Below are positions 53,501-63,942 of a stretch of DNA of 64,000 bases, piece after piece. Position 1 is the first letter of the stretch, and each line of letters starts with the position of its first letter. This stretch comes from Octopus sinensis (Eukaryota), in the NCBI RefSeq assembly GCF_006345805.1, contig NC_043005.1, positions 57,970,001 to 58,034,000 of the forward strand, read 5' to 3'. Position numbers and translations under genes: made by a program. Below the pieces are notes generated by a model. It was not told the origin of the DNA and did not search any database. It worked only from the letters and a program-made list of their open reading frames with translations.

Positions 53501-54011
53501 CTGTGTACTAATTCATATAACCCACAGAATACAATTTCTTATTTCTTTATTGCCCATAAGGGGCTAAACATAGAGGGGACAAACAAAAGGATTAAGTTGA
53601 TTACATCGACCCCAGTGCATAACTGGTACTTAATTTATCGACCCCGAAAGGATGAAAGGCAAAGTCTACCTTGGCGGAATCTGAACACAGAGCACAATTT
53701 CTGAAAAAGTGCAGAAAGTGATTTATTTGTTGTAATAAAAAAGCAACAAAATCACAAATTTTGGAAGGATGAACTACAATCAGTTTTATTGACTCATATT
53801 TTATTAACCCCAAAAGCATAAAAGAAAAGTTAACAACTTTGGTAGGATTTGAACCAAGAACATAAAGGGATGTAACCAAATACAGCTTTCCTAGTTCTGC
53901 TCATCTGCTACTATTTATTTGTTGTAATGAAGCATATTTTACCTGTGGTGCTCGCCGGCCATGGCTAGTTTGTAGTACAGCTTTTTGAAAATTGGGATCA
54001 TCAGCCAGGTC
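194..54011 (-). CDS. IFT88: IFT88 (intraflagellar transport protein 88, TPR protein of IFT-B), partial multi-exon gene; 11 exons joined, continues beyond both ends
   Basis: Exons 53943-54011, 50473-50656, 49550-49628, 40023-40113, 39291-39395, 37442-37544, 36254-36368, 29923-30151, 2959-3029, 1249-1335 and 194-293 all have AG/GT boundaries, matching phases and no stop over 1233 nt. The translation is colinear with vertebrate IFT88 as I recall it ([69 protein letters not shown]). Confidence 0.97.
626..1006 (-). mobile_element. RTE-tailed SINE-like repeat with internal degenerate tandem units and (GAT)n tail
   Basis: Shared 3' end ...gcatggaaagcggacgttaaacgatgatg. Other copies at about 1690-2107(+), 7570-7935(+), 9545-9870(-), 10885-11230(-), 17673-17860(-), 23267-23560(-), 24227-24490(-), 26680-27128(+), 38800-39119(+), 43045-43220(-), 49917-50070(-). 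Confidence 0.8.
1249..1335 (-). CDS. IFT88: IFT88 exon (87 nt, phase 2-2)
   Basis: [29 protein letters not shown]; ttttcag acceptor, gtaagt donor. Confidence 0.95.
1690..2107 (+). mobile_element. RTE-tailed SINE-like repeat, inverted relative to the 626-1006 copy
   Basis: Same family; ends ggacgttaaacgatgatgatg. Confidence 0.8.
2138..2357. mobile_element. piggyBac-type MITE (220 bp)
   Basis: TTAA at 2134-2137 and 2358-2361; TIRs ctctttagcatt / aatgctaaaggg; partial copies at about 3623-3775, 23820-23990 and 36506-36680. Confidence 0.8.
2959..3029 (-). CDS. IFT88: IFT88 exon (71 nt, phase 0-2)
   Basis: [24 protein letters not shown]; tacag acceptor, gtaagt donor. Confidence 0.94.
4462..4771 (-). 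mobile_element. tRNA-derived SINE (family with head tggctcagtggttagagcg)
   Basis: Pol III A/B-box-like head on the minus strand and core ttgagcaagacactttatttcacgttgctccagttcactcagctg. Copies with a related head at about 4962-5080, 37670-37980, 40222-40360, 57279-57605, 60860-61195, 62370-62692 and 63485-63757. Confidence 0.8.
8541..11283 (+). repeat. Near-identical tandem duplication, period about 1342 bp, with junctions in (AAT)n
   Basis: 8581 tgccttgatgccatacc recurs at 9923; ORFs 9600 and 10965 are the same; differences I saw are 1-bp deletions and microsatellite lengths. Confidence 0.95.
12168..12216 (+). pseudogene. 3'-truncated U2 snRNA retrocopy (about the first 35-38 nt) with target-site duplication
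   Basis: ATCGCGTCTTGGCCTTTTGGCTAAGATCAAAGTGT matches the metazoan U2 5' end; flanked by gcattacacatccatc (12155-12170) and gcataacacatccatc (12217-12232). Confidence 0.88.
12660..12893 (-). mobile_element. tRNA-derived SINE (family with head ggcggcgagctggcagaaacgttagcacg)
   Basis: Core gaccccgaaaggatgaaaggcaaagtcgacctcgg; copies at about 11285-11470, 26047-26280, 41398-41634, 51768-51980(+), 53537-53690, 56160-56588 (tandem pair) and 58480-58686. Confidence 0.8.
16080..16495 (+). mobile_element. CR1/L2-like LINE 3' end
   Basis: Translates to [30 protein letters not shown], like the CR1-group ORF2 C-terminus (RV..WN.LP..VV), followed by a 3' UTR and (ATT)n tail. Confidence 0.7.
18301..20250 (+). 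mobile_element. Decayed Gypsy/Ty3 LTR retrotransposon gag-pol remnant, interrupted by a SINE
   Basis: Frameshifted gag (ORF 18474), zinc-knuckle remnants (CFACGGLH; CFRSGKIGY), aspartic protease [10 protein letters not shown] start ([18 protein letters not shown]...LKVCGDFS); many stops; no LTRs recognised. Confidence 0.88.
19617..20022 (+). mobile_element. tRNA-derived SINE with internal (TA)n(TG)n microsatellite; the most abundant family; young CpG-rich copy inside the Gypsy remnant
   Basis: Head ggctgtgtggtaagtagcttgc...ggttcagtccc, tail gactgaaacaagtaaaaga. Copies at about 6596-6968(-), 12265-12660(-), 13850-14235(-), 22651-23085(+), 25040-25410(+), 29185-29560(+), 30668-31097(-), 38541-38705(+), 42810-43035(+), 48705-48995(-), 50090-50390(+), 55390-55800(-), 57721-58138(+). 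Confidence 0.88.
20666..21052 (+). mobile_element. Non-autonomous Helitron-type element
   Basis: A|TC start, subterminal hairpin cccgagcaaagctggg, CTAG|T end, no TSD; second copy inverted at 45220-45607. Confidence 0.8.
21440..21840. repeat. Compound (TA)n-rich microsatellite
   Basis: Long degenerate TA/CA run; a similar block lies at 34890-35390. Confidence 0.95.
24512..24680. repeat. Foldback / MITE-like inverted repeat
   Basis: Outer arms gaaactgggctgctatttatgaaggcaggtcacat / atgtgacctgccttgaccaataacagcccagtttc; inner arms agtgttgaaatttcag / ctgaaatttcaacact. Confidence 0.8.
29185..29560 (+). mobile_element. SINE (same family as 19617)
   Basis: Near-full copy; inverted partner of 30668-31097 across the exon at 29923-30151. 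Confidence 0.85.
29923..30151 (-). CDS. IFT88: IFT88 exon (229 nt, phase 2-0), TPR region
   Basis: [28 protein letters not shown]...[28 protein letters not shown]; ctag acceptor, gtaagt donor. Confidence 0.96.
30668..31097 (-). mobile_element. SINE (same family as 19617)
   Basis: Full copy in reverse orientation. Confidence 0.85.
32120..32845 (+). mobile_element. RTE-clade LINE ORF fragment (region between endonuclease and RT)
   Basis: [19 protein letters not shown]...WRHHYERLL...[15 protein letters not shown], with stops and frameshifts. Confidence 0.8.
33215..33710 (+). mobile_element. Mariner transposase remnant
   Basis: [19 protein letters not shown] (WVP-like motif), [37 protein letters not shown]; degenerate. 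Confidence 0.8.
33890..34279 (+). mobile_element. hAT-like DNA transposon 3' remnant
   Basis: [17 protein letters not shown]...KKSRRKLF resembles the hAT C-terminal dimerisation region; ends aatccagccctg (TIR-like). Confidence 0.55.
34890..35390. repeat. Compound (TA)n/(CA)n microsatellite
   Basis: Low-complexity run producing YIYI-type ORFs. Confidence 0.95.
36254..36368 (-). CDS. IFT88: IFT88 exon (115 nt, phase 1-2), TPR region
   Basis: [39 protein letters not shown]; tag acceptor, gtaagg donor. Confidence 0.96.
37442..37544 (-). CDS. IFT88: IFT88 exon (103 nt, phase 0-1), TPR region
   Basis: [34 protein letters not shown]; ttttctag acceptor, gtatat donor. Confidence 0.96.
39291..39395 (-). 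CDS. IFT88: IFT88 exon (105 nt, phase 0-0)
   Basis: [35 protein letters not shown]; ttttgcag acceptor, gtaagt donor. Confidence 0.95.
40023..40113 (-). CDS. IFT88: IFT88 exon (91 nt, phase 2-0)
   Basis: [30 protein letters not shown]; cag acceptor, gtaagt donor. Confidence 0.93.
43630..44259 (-). mobile_element. Tc1/mariner-superfamily (maT/DD37D-like) transposase remnant
   Basis: Minus strand encodes [16 protein letters not shown] (SPDLNP-type motif); TA|caggatg terminus at 44259. Confidence 0.72.
45220..45607 (-). mobile_element. Non-autonomous Helitron-type element (second copy, better preserved)
   Basis: Minus strand reads A|TC...cccgagcaacgccggg cgatactg CTAG|T; colinear with 20666-21052. 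Confidence 0.82.
46668..46800 (+). repeat. Minisatellite, about 4 degenerate units of 33-36 bp
   Basis: Repeating cttagctttacag...ttcttcagacc(c/t)taatc. Confidence 0.75.
48182..48580. repeat. Degenerate 400-bp foldback (old MITE-like element)
   Basis: ccaataataataataaacacacac / gtgtgtgtttattattattgg; caatcaatcagtt / aactgattgattg; atcttgttgtgt / acacagcaagat. Confidence 0.72.
49550..49628 (-). CDS. IFT88: IFT88 exon (79 nt, phase 1-2)
   Basis: [27 protein letters not shown]; ttttccag acceptor, gtatgt donor. Confidence 0.9.
50473..50656 (-). CDS. IFT88: IFT88 exon (184 nt, phase 0-1)
   Basis: TGMVPRD...[36 protein letters not shown]; ttttccag acceptor, gtgggc donor. Confidence 0.93.
52224..53310 (+). 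mobile_element. Internally deleted piggyBac element (1087 bp) with transposase N-terminal remnant
   Basis: TTAA at 52220-52223 and 53311-53314; TIRs ccctttcattac / gtaacgaaaggg; acidic N-terminus then [23 protein letters not shown]...[10 protein letters not shown], typical of piggyBac (PGBD4-like) transposases. Confidence 0.9.
53943..54011 (-). CDS. IFT88: IFT88 exon (69 nt, phase 0-0)
   Basis: [23 protein letters not shown]; cag acceptor, gtaaaa donor; matches ELENDAAFQQAVRTSHGRRPP. Confidence 0.93.
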
Positions 54012-54075
54012 CTGCAGGATAATAGAAAAATTTCACATATATTTAAAAGAATGAGATTGAAACAGTAATCGCTCG

Positions 54076-54292
54076 ATAATGTAAAGTATAGAAGCCATCT
54101 TATCATGGCTAACCACATTGGGGAGGGGGTGTTACTGTAGCTTTATAGGCCCAAGAGATCTTCGTCTCAGGACACAGATATTGTGTCTAAAGCCAGCTTG
54201 AGATGAAGATCTCTTGGGGCTATAAAGCTACAGTAACACCCCCTCCCCAATGTGGTTAGCCATGATAAGATGGCTTCTATACTTTACATTAT
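54076..54292. repeat. Near-perfect inverted repeat (94-bp arms, 29-nt loop), MITE-like
   Basis: 54076-54169 is the reverse complement of 54199-54292 with 2 mismatches by eye; the loop contains gacaca/tgtgtc. Confidence 0.93.
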
Positions 54293-54701
54293 ATATATAT
54301 GGAAAAAAAAGTCAAGATAGAAAATGCTAAAATAATTTTATAAAAAACATTTCAGTACAGGTTTCGGTCATTGAGACTTTTTCAACTGTAAGTATGGAAA
54401 ACAATTAAATTTTGGAAAAATTAAAAGAAAAGTTTGTTTAAAAGAATATTTGCATAGTGTTCCAATACAAGAGGCATTTTCCTTGTTTCTACCTGTTTTT
54501 CTCTCTCTCTCTCTCTTGTTTACTCTTGTGGGTTCGAGGTCGTTGTGAATTCTTGGTGGAAGAGGAGGAAGAGGAGGAGAAGAAGAAGAATATGGGCGTG
54601 CCACGACAGTAGTATGTTGAATGGTCAACTGCCCTGAAAGTGACCCACTGTGGACGGTAGTAGTGATTGAATTCCTGAAACATCTCTTCTGAATGTTTTG
54701 C

Positions 54702-54756
<55 letters not shown>

Positions 54757-54822
54757 ACACACACACACACATATATTACCCATACCAGCATGGACAACAA
54801 ATGTTAAATGATGACACATATG

Positions 54823-55322
54823 CAGGGTACTAGAGCTAAATTTGATGATTTGATGTATTGGTGAACAGTCACTGGTGTTGGAGAGCATACAGACAAAAGT
54901 GGTAGCTGAGAAAAAGTTAGCTGATGCAAAGGATTGGAAGACATCTGTATTTTGGTTGTTGGAGAATTTCTACAACTTCACCAGTTTTGATTTCTGAGCT
55001 CCTAATTCCTTCAGTTGTAATCCCATGGACTACCAAGTATGGAGCTCTGTTGTAAAAGGCACTAAGACTAAGCTTGTGAGGGCCAAGATCAAGGACATGT
55101 TCAAAGATGTTTGAAGGGACACAGTGAAGAACATATGTGCCAAGTTCAGGAGACATTTTGAAGCCATGGGAGAAGCTGAGAGCAACTCCTTTCAGTAAAT
55201 TGTTATCTTCCAGCCATAATTTAGTTGGTATTTTTTGATTTTTTAAGACTTTTATTTTTCGATGAGGTATTGTATTTTATTTTCCTTTTATGCAAACTGT
55301 CAAATGTAGCTTGACCACCTAG
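54823..55322 (+). mobile_element. Internally deleted Tc1/mariner-like element
   Basis: Degenerate TIRs (cagggtactagagctaaatttga / tcaaatgtagcttgaccacctag) and PNSFSCNPMDYQVWS motif. Confidence 0.6.
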
Positions 55323-55929
55323 TATACACACATATACATATACATAAAAATATATACATACAGACACTTTTAAAAAAATATTTATGCTTTTTATCTTTTA
55401 TCTGTTTCGGTCATTAGACTGGTCATGCTGGGACACCACCTTCAAGAACTTTTAACTGAATGAATTGACCCCAGTACTTATTCTATTTACTTATTTATTT
55501 ATTTTTGAAGCCTGATACTTATTCTATCAGTCTCTTTTACCAAACTACTAAGTTATGGAGATGTAAAAACACCAGTTGTCAAATAGTGAGGGGGGGGGGA
55601 ATACAGACACAAAGACATGCACATTAGATATAACTGTATGATGGGCTTCTTTCAGTTTTCATCAACCAAATCTATTCACAAGAGTTTGGTTGGCCTGGGG
55701 CTATAGTAGAAGATACTTGCCCAAGATGTTATGCAGCATAGAGCCGGAACCCTGAGGTTGAAAAGCACACTTCTTCCCACACAGCTACACCAGTGCCTAT
55801 ATTTAGAATTTTTACAATTGTGAAATGAGGAGAATCAGAAGTCATTCAGATAGTATTTCTTTATTAGTGTTGCTGATAATGACACTATTATCAACTAATG
55901 ATAGTAGTAATAATGAAAATATGCATCCA

Positions 55930-58465
55930 AAGGCCTAAAGTTTTAATGATGAAAAGTGGCTGAAAGATTTAAGCATGAGGGTATAAAATTACCACAAGAT
56001 GATATCATGAGATCACTAAGAAATTGAGAGATTCAAGTACCTAGGGATGCTGCAAGACAATAAGACAATTGAAGGAATAATGAGGAGAACATCTCCTAAG
56101 AGTACACGCAAAGGATAAGTAAGATGCTTGAAACAAAATGAAATGGAGGGAATATTCTTTTCTACGCTAGGCACAAGGCCAGAAATTTTAGGAGAGGGGA
56201 CCAGTTGATTAGATGGATCCCAGTACGCAACTAGTACTTAATTTATCGATCCCGAAAGGATGAAAGGCAAAGTCAACCTTGGTGGAATTTGAACTCAGAA
56301 CATAAAGCCAGACAAAATACCTGCTAAGCATTTCACCTGGTGTGCTAACGTTTCTTATTTCTTTATTGCCCACAAGGGGCTAAACATAGAGGGGACAAAC
56401 AAGGACAAACAAAAGGATTAAGTCGATTACATCAACCCCAGTGTGTAACTGATACTTAATTTATCGACCCCGAAAGGATGAAAGGCAAAGTCAACCTTGG
56501 CAGAATTTAAACTCGGAACGTAAAGACAGACGAAACACTGCTAAGCATTTCGCCCGGCGTGCTAACGTTTCTGCCAGCTCGCTGCCTTAAATTGAGAGAA
56601 TATTATCAAAGCAATGAATGAATACACAGGCCATGTCTGGATTAAGCTATTTTACTCCGTTTTTAAAAAAAGACAAAGATAAAGCTACAGAAATTAGAAC
56701 TAGGAAGCTGTTGACAATGTAACGCATTAAAAGTAATATTGGCAGACTCTACCTAGCATAAAAAAAAAAAAAACACAGAAGACACCATAAATATTGTGAT
56801 ACTGGGTTTAGAAAAACTATGTTGTATGTATGAATAAAAAATACCATTGGCAGCTAGAAATATCAAAATAAGCTACAGAATCAGTAGGAGACTTTGAGAA
56901 CAGAAGGATTAATAACAAATAGGATTAATAACAGAATAAGGAAATTAGATGTGAAGAATGCTGGCAGTGACTGGAAGATAGAAAACTGAAACAAGAAAAT
57001 GAATCATTAACTATAGCTGCTCAGGTGCAAGCCAGTCATACAAATTTGGAAAAAGCAAAGTTTGATAAAACTCAGAGAGCAAATGCAAAATCTGAGGAAA
57101 AGGAGATGAAAAAATATTTAACCAACTCTGGGTGAAAGCAGAAGGCTAGCACAAAAAAGTGTATAAGCACAGGTGTGAGTGTATTGGTAAAAGTGTGCTG
57201 TGGGATGTTAGCTGAGTGAGTGGATTTCAAGAGTATGAACATGAGCCAGAGGGTATTATGGTAAGTAATAATTACAGGGTGAAGGCACGTGGCTTAGTGG
57301 CTAGGGCATTCGGCTCACGATCGTAAGGTTGTAAGTTCAATTCTCAGAGACGCATTGTATCCTTGAGCAAGATACTTTATTTCACGTTGCTCCAGCTGGC
57401 AAAAATGAGTAGTACCTGTATTTCAACAGGCCAGCCTTGTCACACTCTGTGTCACGCTGAATCTCCCTGAGAACTATGTTAAGAGTACACGTGTTTGTGG
57501 ATTGCTCAGCCATTTACACGTTAATTTCATGAGCAAGCTGTTCCATTGATCGTATCAGCTGGGACCCTCATCGTTGTAACTGACGGAGTGCTCCTACTAC
57601 CTACCTAATAATTACAGGACTTAATGAGACTTCTCAATAAAGACTGACCATACAACTGAAGCAAGAAGATCAGACATAATTGAAAAAAAAAACCCCAAAA
57701 AACAAGGAATGTGAGATCATAGGTGTAGGAGTGGCTGTGTGGTAAGTAGCTTGCTTACGAACCACATGGTTCTGGGTTCAGTCCACTGCGTGGCACCTTG
57801 GGCAAGTGTCTTCTACTATAGCCACGGGCCGACCAAAGCCTTGTGAGTGGAATTGGTAGACGGAAACTGAAAGAAGCCCGTCGTATATATGTATGTATAT
57901 ATATATATGTGTGTGTGTATATGTTTGTGTGTCTGTGTTTGTCACCCCAACATCGCTTGACAATCGATGCTGGTGTGTTTACATCCCCGTAACTTAGCGG
58001 TTCGGCGAAAGAGACCGATAGAATAAGTACTAGGCTTACAAAGAATAAGTCCTGGGGTCGATTTGCTCGACTAAAAGGTGGTGCTCCAGCATGGCCACAG
58101 TCAAATGACTGAAACAAGTAAAAGAGAGTAAAAGAGTATAGACTTTGAAATGCAACAGAGTGGATATTAAAGAGACTGAGAAACATCAGAACCTAGCCAT
58201 AGAAATAAAGAGATTGTAGAAGACGAAGATGATAATTGTTCTTATGGTAATTGGTCTATCTGGCAAAACACCCAAAACGCTACCCAAGAGATGGAATTAT
58301 TGGAATTGAGATACAAAGTGTTGATTTGCAGAAAAATATCATCTTTGTAAGAATCCTAAGAAAGATTCTTGAGATTTGAGGAGACCTGTTGTCACCAAAC
58401 CTCAAGACAATCTCCCTAACTAAAGTAGCATGTAATAGCTTTATAACAACAACAACAGCAACAAC
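55930..58465 (+). mobile_element. Decayed restriction-like-endonuclease (R4/Dong-like) non-LTR retrotransposon 3' half, split by several SINEs
   Basis: FKYLG (RT end), ESLTIAAQVQA, remnant zinc knuckle (KCKI*G...LAQ...YKHR), YEHEPE, DFSIKTDHTTEARRSDII (RPD motif), NLAIEIKRL, then (AAC)n tail. Confidence 0.7.
57279..57605 (+). mobile_element. tRNA-derived SINE with 13-bp TSD inserted in the R4/Dong-like element
   Basis: TSD taataattacagg at 57266-57278 and 57606-57618. Confidence 0.85.
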
Positions 58466-58872
58466 CACCATAATAGTAGTTTCAAATTTCAGCACAAGGC
58501 CAGTAATTTTAAGAGGGAGGAGCCAACCAATTAACCAAGCCTCAGAACTGAACTGGTACCTATTTTATTGACGCCAAAAAGATGAAAGGTAAAATCAATC
58601 TTGACAGAATTTGAATTCAGATTGTAAAGCCAGAAAAATATGTTGCTTAGCATTTTGTCAAGTGCATTAATGATTCTGCCAGCTCTACTATCTTTGTGAT
58701 TGGAGAATGGTAAACACCTCCAATATAAAAGAATTAGTAGTAATTGTTTTTGATATGGAAATTATGAAAAATGGGAGAAGGAGAGATGGAAAAGAAGTGA
58801 AGAAGAAAGACTGCATGTGTGCTTTGTGTGATTGAGAGAATTTGAATATGGGTTCATGTGAGGGGGTGAGAA

Positions 58873-58907
<35 letters not shown>

Positions 58908-59148
58908 CAAACAAAAGTTGTATACATGTGAGAAAGAGAGAGAAAGACAAGCACAATTTCTGTGCATATATATGTATGAGAAAAGAGAGAGGGGGAAAGG
59001 AAAGTAGAAGGGGGAGGGAGGGAAGGGAGGGGGTAGAGAGAAATAGAAGTGCTGTGTATGTATATGCATAAAAGAGACAGAGAGAGAAAGGGGAGAGATT
59101 GGGGGAAAATGAGAGGGGAGAGATTGGATAAAAGTGAGAGAGAGAAGA

Positions 59149-59179
<31 letters not shown>

Positions 59180-60067
59180 TGAAAGAATTCTGTGTGCATA
59201 AGTAAAACAGAAAGAAAGAGGAATATTATTGAAACAAAGACATATTGACTTATTTCAATATCTTTTGGATATTGTATTAAACAATGATGATTGGCATGTA
59301 ACAAATTCCTGTGTATTGGCATCAAATTTCTATACTGCTTTCCTCTGCAACCTTTTTTCCTCAACATCCCCTTCCTTAGGCAACATGCATGCACACATAC
59401 ACACACACACACACACATGGTTGGCTCCAGATAAAAGATAACGTCCACGTATATATGTTTACAGGTAAGACTTCTTTTGTGAAACTAGTTCATGCCAAAA
59501 CATAGCTAGAACAAGACACAGAGAAAAATGAATAAACAAATACGTAGAAACAGATGAAACAAAAAAAACCCAAAAAAAGAGCAAGATGCAAGAACTAAAC
59601 ATAGACAAAAAACAGAAAAATTAAAAGAAAAATAAAGAAATATATATATATATATATTTACAAGAACCCACAAAAATGAGCAGACTTTGGTAAATATGTA
59701 TTTTGTAAACGTTAGCAAATAGCAAGATTTATAATTGTTCTTGTAGAACAAAGCAAGAAACAAAATTAAAAGGAGAGGAAGAGAGGGGAGGGCAAATAAA
59801 AGAAAATGAAAGTAAAAATAGAATTCTTTTAAAATATAAATCTTTGGGTTCAGAATAAATAGTCTTGTTTTGAGTTTCTATCTGAGGAAAGTTTTGATCA
59901 GAATATTTTCAAGTAATTAATACAGTACCTATCTTTCTATATATAAAGGCACACACATACAGGGTGGCCCCAAAGTCTTGAAGGTGTTGATAATTCCTTT
60001 ATGTTTTAAATTTATAATATCTTAGCATTATATACAGTGTGTGTGTGTGTGTGTGCATGCATGCATG

Positions 60068-60098
<31 letters not shown>

Positions 60099-60523
60099 AT
60101 ATATATACATATATATATGACAGGCTTCTTTCAGCTTCTGCCTACCAGATCTACTCACAAGGCTTTGGTCAGCCCTAGGCTAAAGTAGAAGACACTTTCT
60201 CAAGGTACTGGGCAGTAGGACTGAACCTAGAAAAATGTGGTTGAGAAGCAAATTTCTTACCATACAGCCACACTTCTGAGTGGTTAAAAATTCTGCATTC
60301 CAATCTTCAGGCCCCTATTTTGAACTGATTTGTACTATGTATCTATGTGTATCTATCCAGCATTACTCACAAAGCATGTGGTGATCTGGGACTATGAGAA
60401 AAAGTGTTTGCTCATGATATCTTTGTAATGGCATTGAATCCAGAACTTTGTCATTGAGAGTAAACTTCTTAACTGCTGGCCACATTTGTTTCCTCACGAC
60501 TGCACACAAGCACACATATATAA

Positions 60524-61195
60524 ATGACCATGGGATCACACCTTGAAAATTCCCCCCTGAGGCACAAGTCTAGGCAGGGTTGTTTATGGAAGACCAGCAG
60601 TCACCCATGCATACCCTCTCCACACTATTATATGTACAAAGGGTAAAGGGTAAAGACCCCCCCTCTCCACACCATTATATGTACATAGGGTAAAGGGTAA
60701 AGTCCCCCTTTGGTCATAAATGACCATGGGATTGCACCTTGAAAGTTTCCCTCCAAGGCACAAGTCCAGGCAGGAGTGTTTATGGAAAACCAGAAGTCAC
60801 CCACGCATACCATCCTCCCCACTATATGCCATTACATGTACATAGGGTGAAGAGTAAAGACCCCCTTCAGTCATGAATGACTATGGGATCACACCTAGAA
60901 AGTTCTGCTCTGAGGCACAAATCCAGGCAAGGTTGTTAGTGGAAGGCTAGCTGTTGCCAATGCATACCAATCTCTCCTCTCCACACCAGTGATGTTATCC
61001 AAGGGAAAGGCAAGGGGGCCCGATACAGCTTGACACCAGTGATGTCACAACTCATTTCCACAGCTGAGTGAACTGGAGTAATGTGAAATAAAGTGTATTG
61101 CTCAAGAACATGACACACAGCTCAGTCCAGGAATCGAACTCACTACCTCGTGATTGTGAGCCTGATGCTCTAACCACTGAGCCATGCACCTTCAC
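60524..61195 (-). mobile_element. SINE whose 3' module is tandemly triplicated
   Basis: tgac(c/t)atgggat...ggcacaa...caggg/caagg unit at about 60525, 60721 and 60878; tRNA head at about 61130-61195. Confidence 0.75.
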
Positions 61196-61735
61196 ATGTA
61201 GCATTTATAGAAATGAAATGAAATATACTTTGACTGGTAAACTGAAAGAACAGTGGCATACATGAGTGTGGGCTGGGGGTAAAGCTCATGCTTCCAATTT
61301 GTTCCAACCAATATGTCTCTTGTAATTTATCAAAGCATACAACAGAAGCACTAAGACACATCAGTAACACTAAAAAACATTCATTCACTAACACACAAAC
61401 ACACACATACCAAGAACATTTTCTCTGAAGGAACACAAGAAATGTCAAACCTAAAAAATATTCAATGAACCAAATAGTGTACAATCTATTTCTGAAGACT
61501 TACTGCACTCTCTTTCTGTTTACCACTATCACCACCACAAATACCAACAACTCTACCACCACCACCACTACCCCATCACCACAATATATCAGATTCCAGT
61601 GTCCAAGAATTATTGTTTTCATAGTAGCACCCTTGACACAAGTGTCATGTAACAATATCAAATTCTATCATTTCATATATATATATGTATATATCTATTA
61701 TATGTGTGTGTGCGTGTGAGTGTGTATGCATGCAT

Positions 61736-61847
<112 letters not shown>

Positions 61848-63942
61848 TCTAAACTTTACCTTTAAAGCTGATTATAATTCTACCATTAAAACCACTTAAG
61901 AATGGAAGCTTTCAATCACTTTTCAAGATTTTTGTTCTTACTTGCTACTTATCAGACTCAGATCTGTATCTAATTTTATCCTTAACATAATCATATTTGT
62001 TGTGTGCAAACACACAAAACAAAAAGAGAAAAACATAAATATAAAAGCTTTCAACTTTAACACACTACTAATCCCATTTAAGTCACCCATTCGCCTGACA
62101 TTACAGAATAGATCAACTAAAACTAATAAAGAGAAAGGAAAAAAAAAAACACGTTTTTCTTGAAAGTGAATTGAATTTTCCAACAATTAAAACAGCTTGT
62201 GTCAGTCCTAATCTCTAGATTTATATAGTGTCGGATCACAAGACAAGATTTACACCTGTATGGAGAATAGGTCTATCACAGGTCAACTCAAATTACAGAC
62301 AGATTTTTAACACGGTATAATCTTTTGAGGTTGAAAAGACTAACACTAAGCTGTAGCCCCATGAATATTGGCACTCCATCAGTTAGGACGATGAGGGTTC
62401 CAATTGATCCATTTGACCAAACAGCCTATTTGTGAAATTAACACGCAAGTGGCTGAGCACTCCACAGACATGTGTACCCTTAATGTAGTTTTCAGGTAGA
62501 TTCAATATGACATAGGATGTGACAAGGTGGGCCCTTTGAAACAGAGGTACAACTCATTTTTGCCAGCTGAGTGAACTGGAGCAATGTGAAATAAAGTGTC
62601 TTGCTGAAGGACACAACGAGCCACTGGGAATTGAACTCATGGCCTTATGAATGTGAGCCGAATACCCTAACCACAAAGTCACGTGCCTTCATGAATAAGA
62701 TGAGAAGAGGAACACTGACCCAATAGATAATAACCATGTTGCTTATCTGAAACAAAAATTCTTGCTCTCAAATTCAAAATTTTTTTCTCCTCATAACCAC
62801 ATCAGCATGCACTGTTTATGGAGATCAGTAGTTCACAAAGTGGGTAGTACAGAACCATTGGGGGGTGGGGGTGGAAAGATCGAGGGGAGGGGCATTGAGA
62901 AAAAATGGGGTGATAATGGGGTAACCAAAAGGGTGGGCAATAGATGTAAAAAAAAAAGATAATAGGTTAACTAGCTTAAGTAGTTAAGTTTTATTTGCAA
63001 AATACGGTTGTTTTGAATTTGTTGTTGAAAGTGGTTGGTGTTTATGGTGGTAAGTGGAGTGGGGGGACACTAGGAACGTGGCCTGGGTGCCAAGTGGGTG
63101 GCAGTCTGTAAAAGTTTGGGAACCACCAATGTAGATGTTCCAGGTAGCAATAAGTTTCCATTTAGTCATTTAATAATGCTCAATGTCATCAGTCAACAAA
63201 TCTCCCACAAGAAAACAACTTATGATCATCATCATCATCAATTTAATGTCTACTGTTCTATGTTTGTTTGGGTTAAATGAGATTCCTTGAGGCAGATTTT
63301 TCCATGGTTGGATGCTCTTCTTGTTGCAAGCTAACCCTTGCCTGCTCCCAAGCATGGTAGAATTTTACCTCAGTTCAGACATGATTTCATAGAAGACTGC
63401 AAAACAAATGACATTGCTGTATGATGGTGATATTTGTCAACAGCCTGTGTGCTGTACCAACACACACACACACACACTGGAACTCCTTTGATCAAGGGTT
63501 CCAGTTGATAAGATCAACAGAACAACCTGCTCGTGAAATTAATGTTCAAGTGGTTGAGCATTCCACAGACACACGCACCCTTAACATAGTTATCAGGGAG
63601 ATTCAGCATGACACAAAATGTGATAAGGTTGGCCCTTTTGAGATACAAATACAACTCATTTTAAAATAAAGTGTCTTGCTTATGGGACACAGCCGGGAAG
63701 CAAACTCATGGCCTTATGACTGTGAATCATATACTCTAACCACTAAGCCATGCACCTTCTCACATACAAAAACAAGCTTCAAAGTGTGGTGCCCCAGTAT
63801 GACCACAGTACAATGACTAAACCAAATGAAAAATAGAAGATGCAAAGTAGAAGAATTCGTATGTGACAATCCAATTTTGAAAAAAATAAAAAGTTTTGAA
63901 TGGTACAACAATGCACTATAATACAGACAATAGACTATATAC

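Noticed and set aside
58762-59448. Longest ORF in the track (228 aa)
   Set aside because: Low-complexity GA/CT-rich and microsatellite sequence; no recognisable domain.
61860-61971. Missing IFT88 N-terminal exon (FLSGFNG / DTDLSLISS) near donors at 61859 and 61941
   Set aside because: No acceptor and phase combination joins it in frame to the phase-0 acceptor at 54011, and the similarity is too short.
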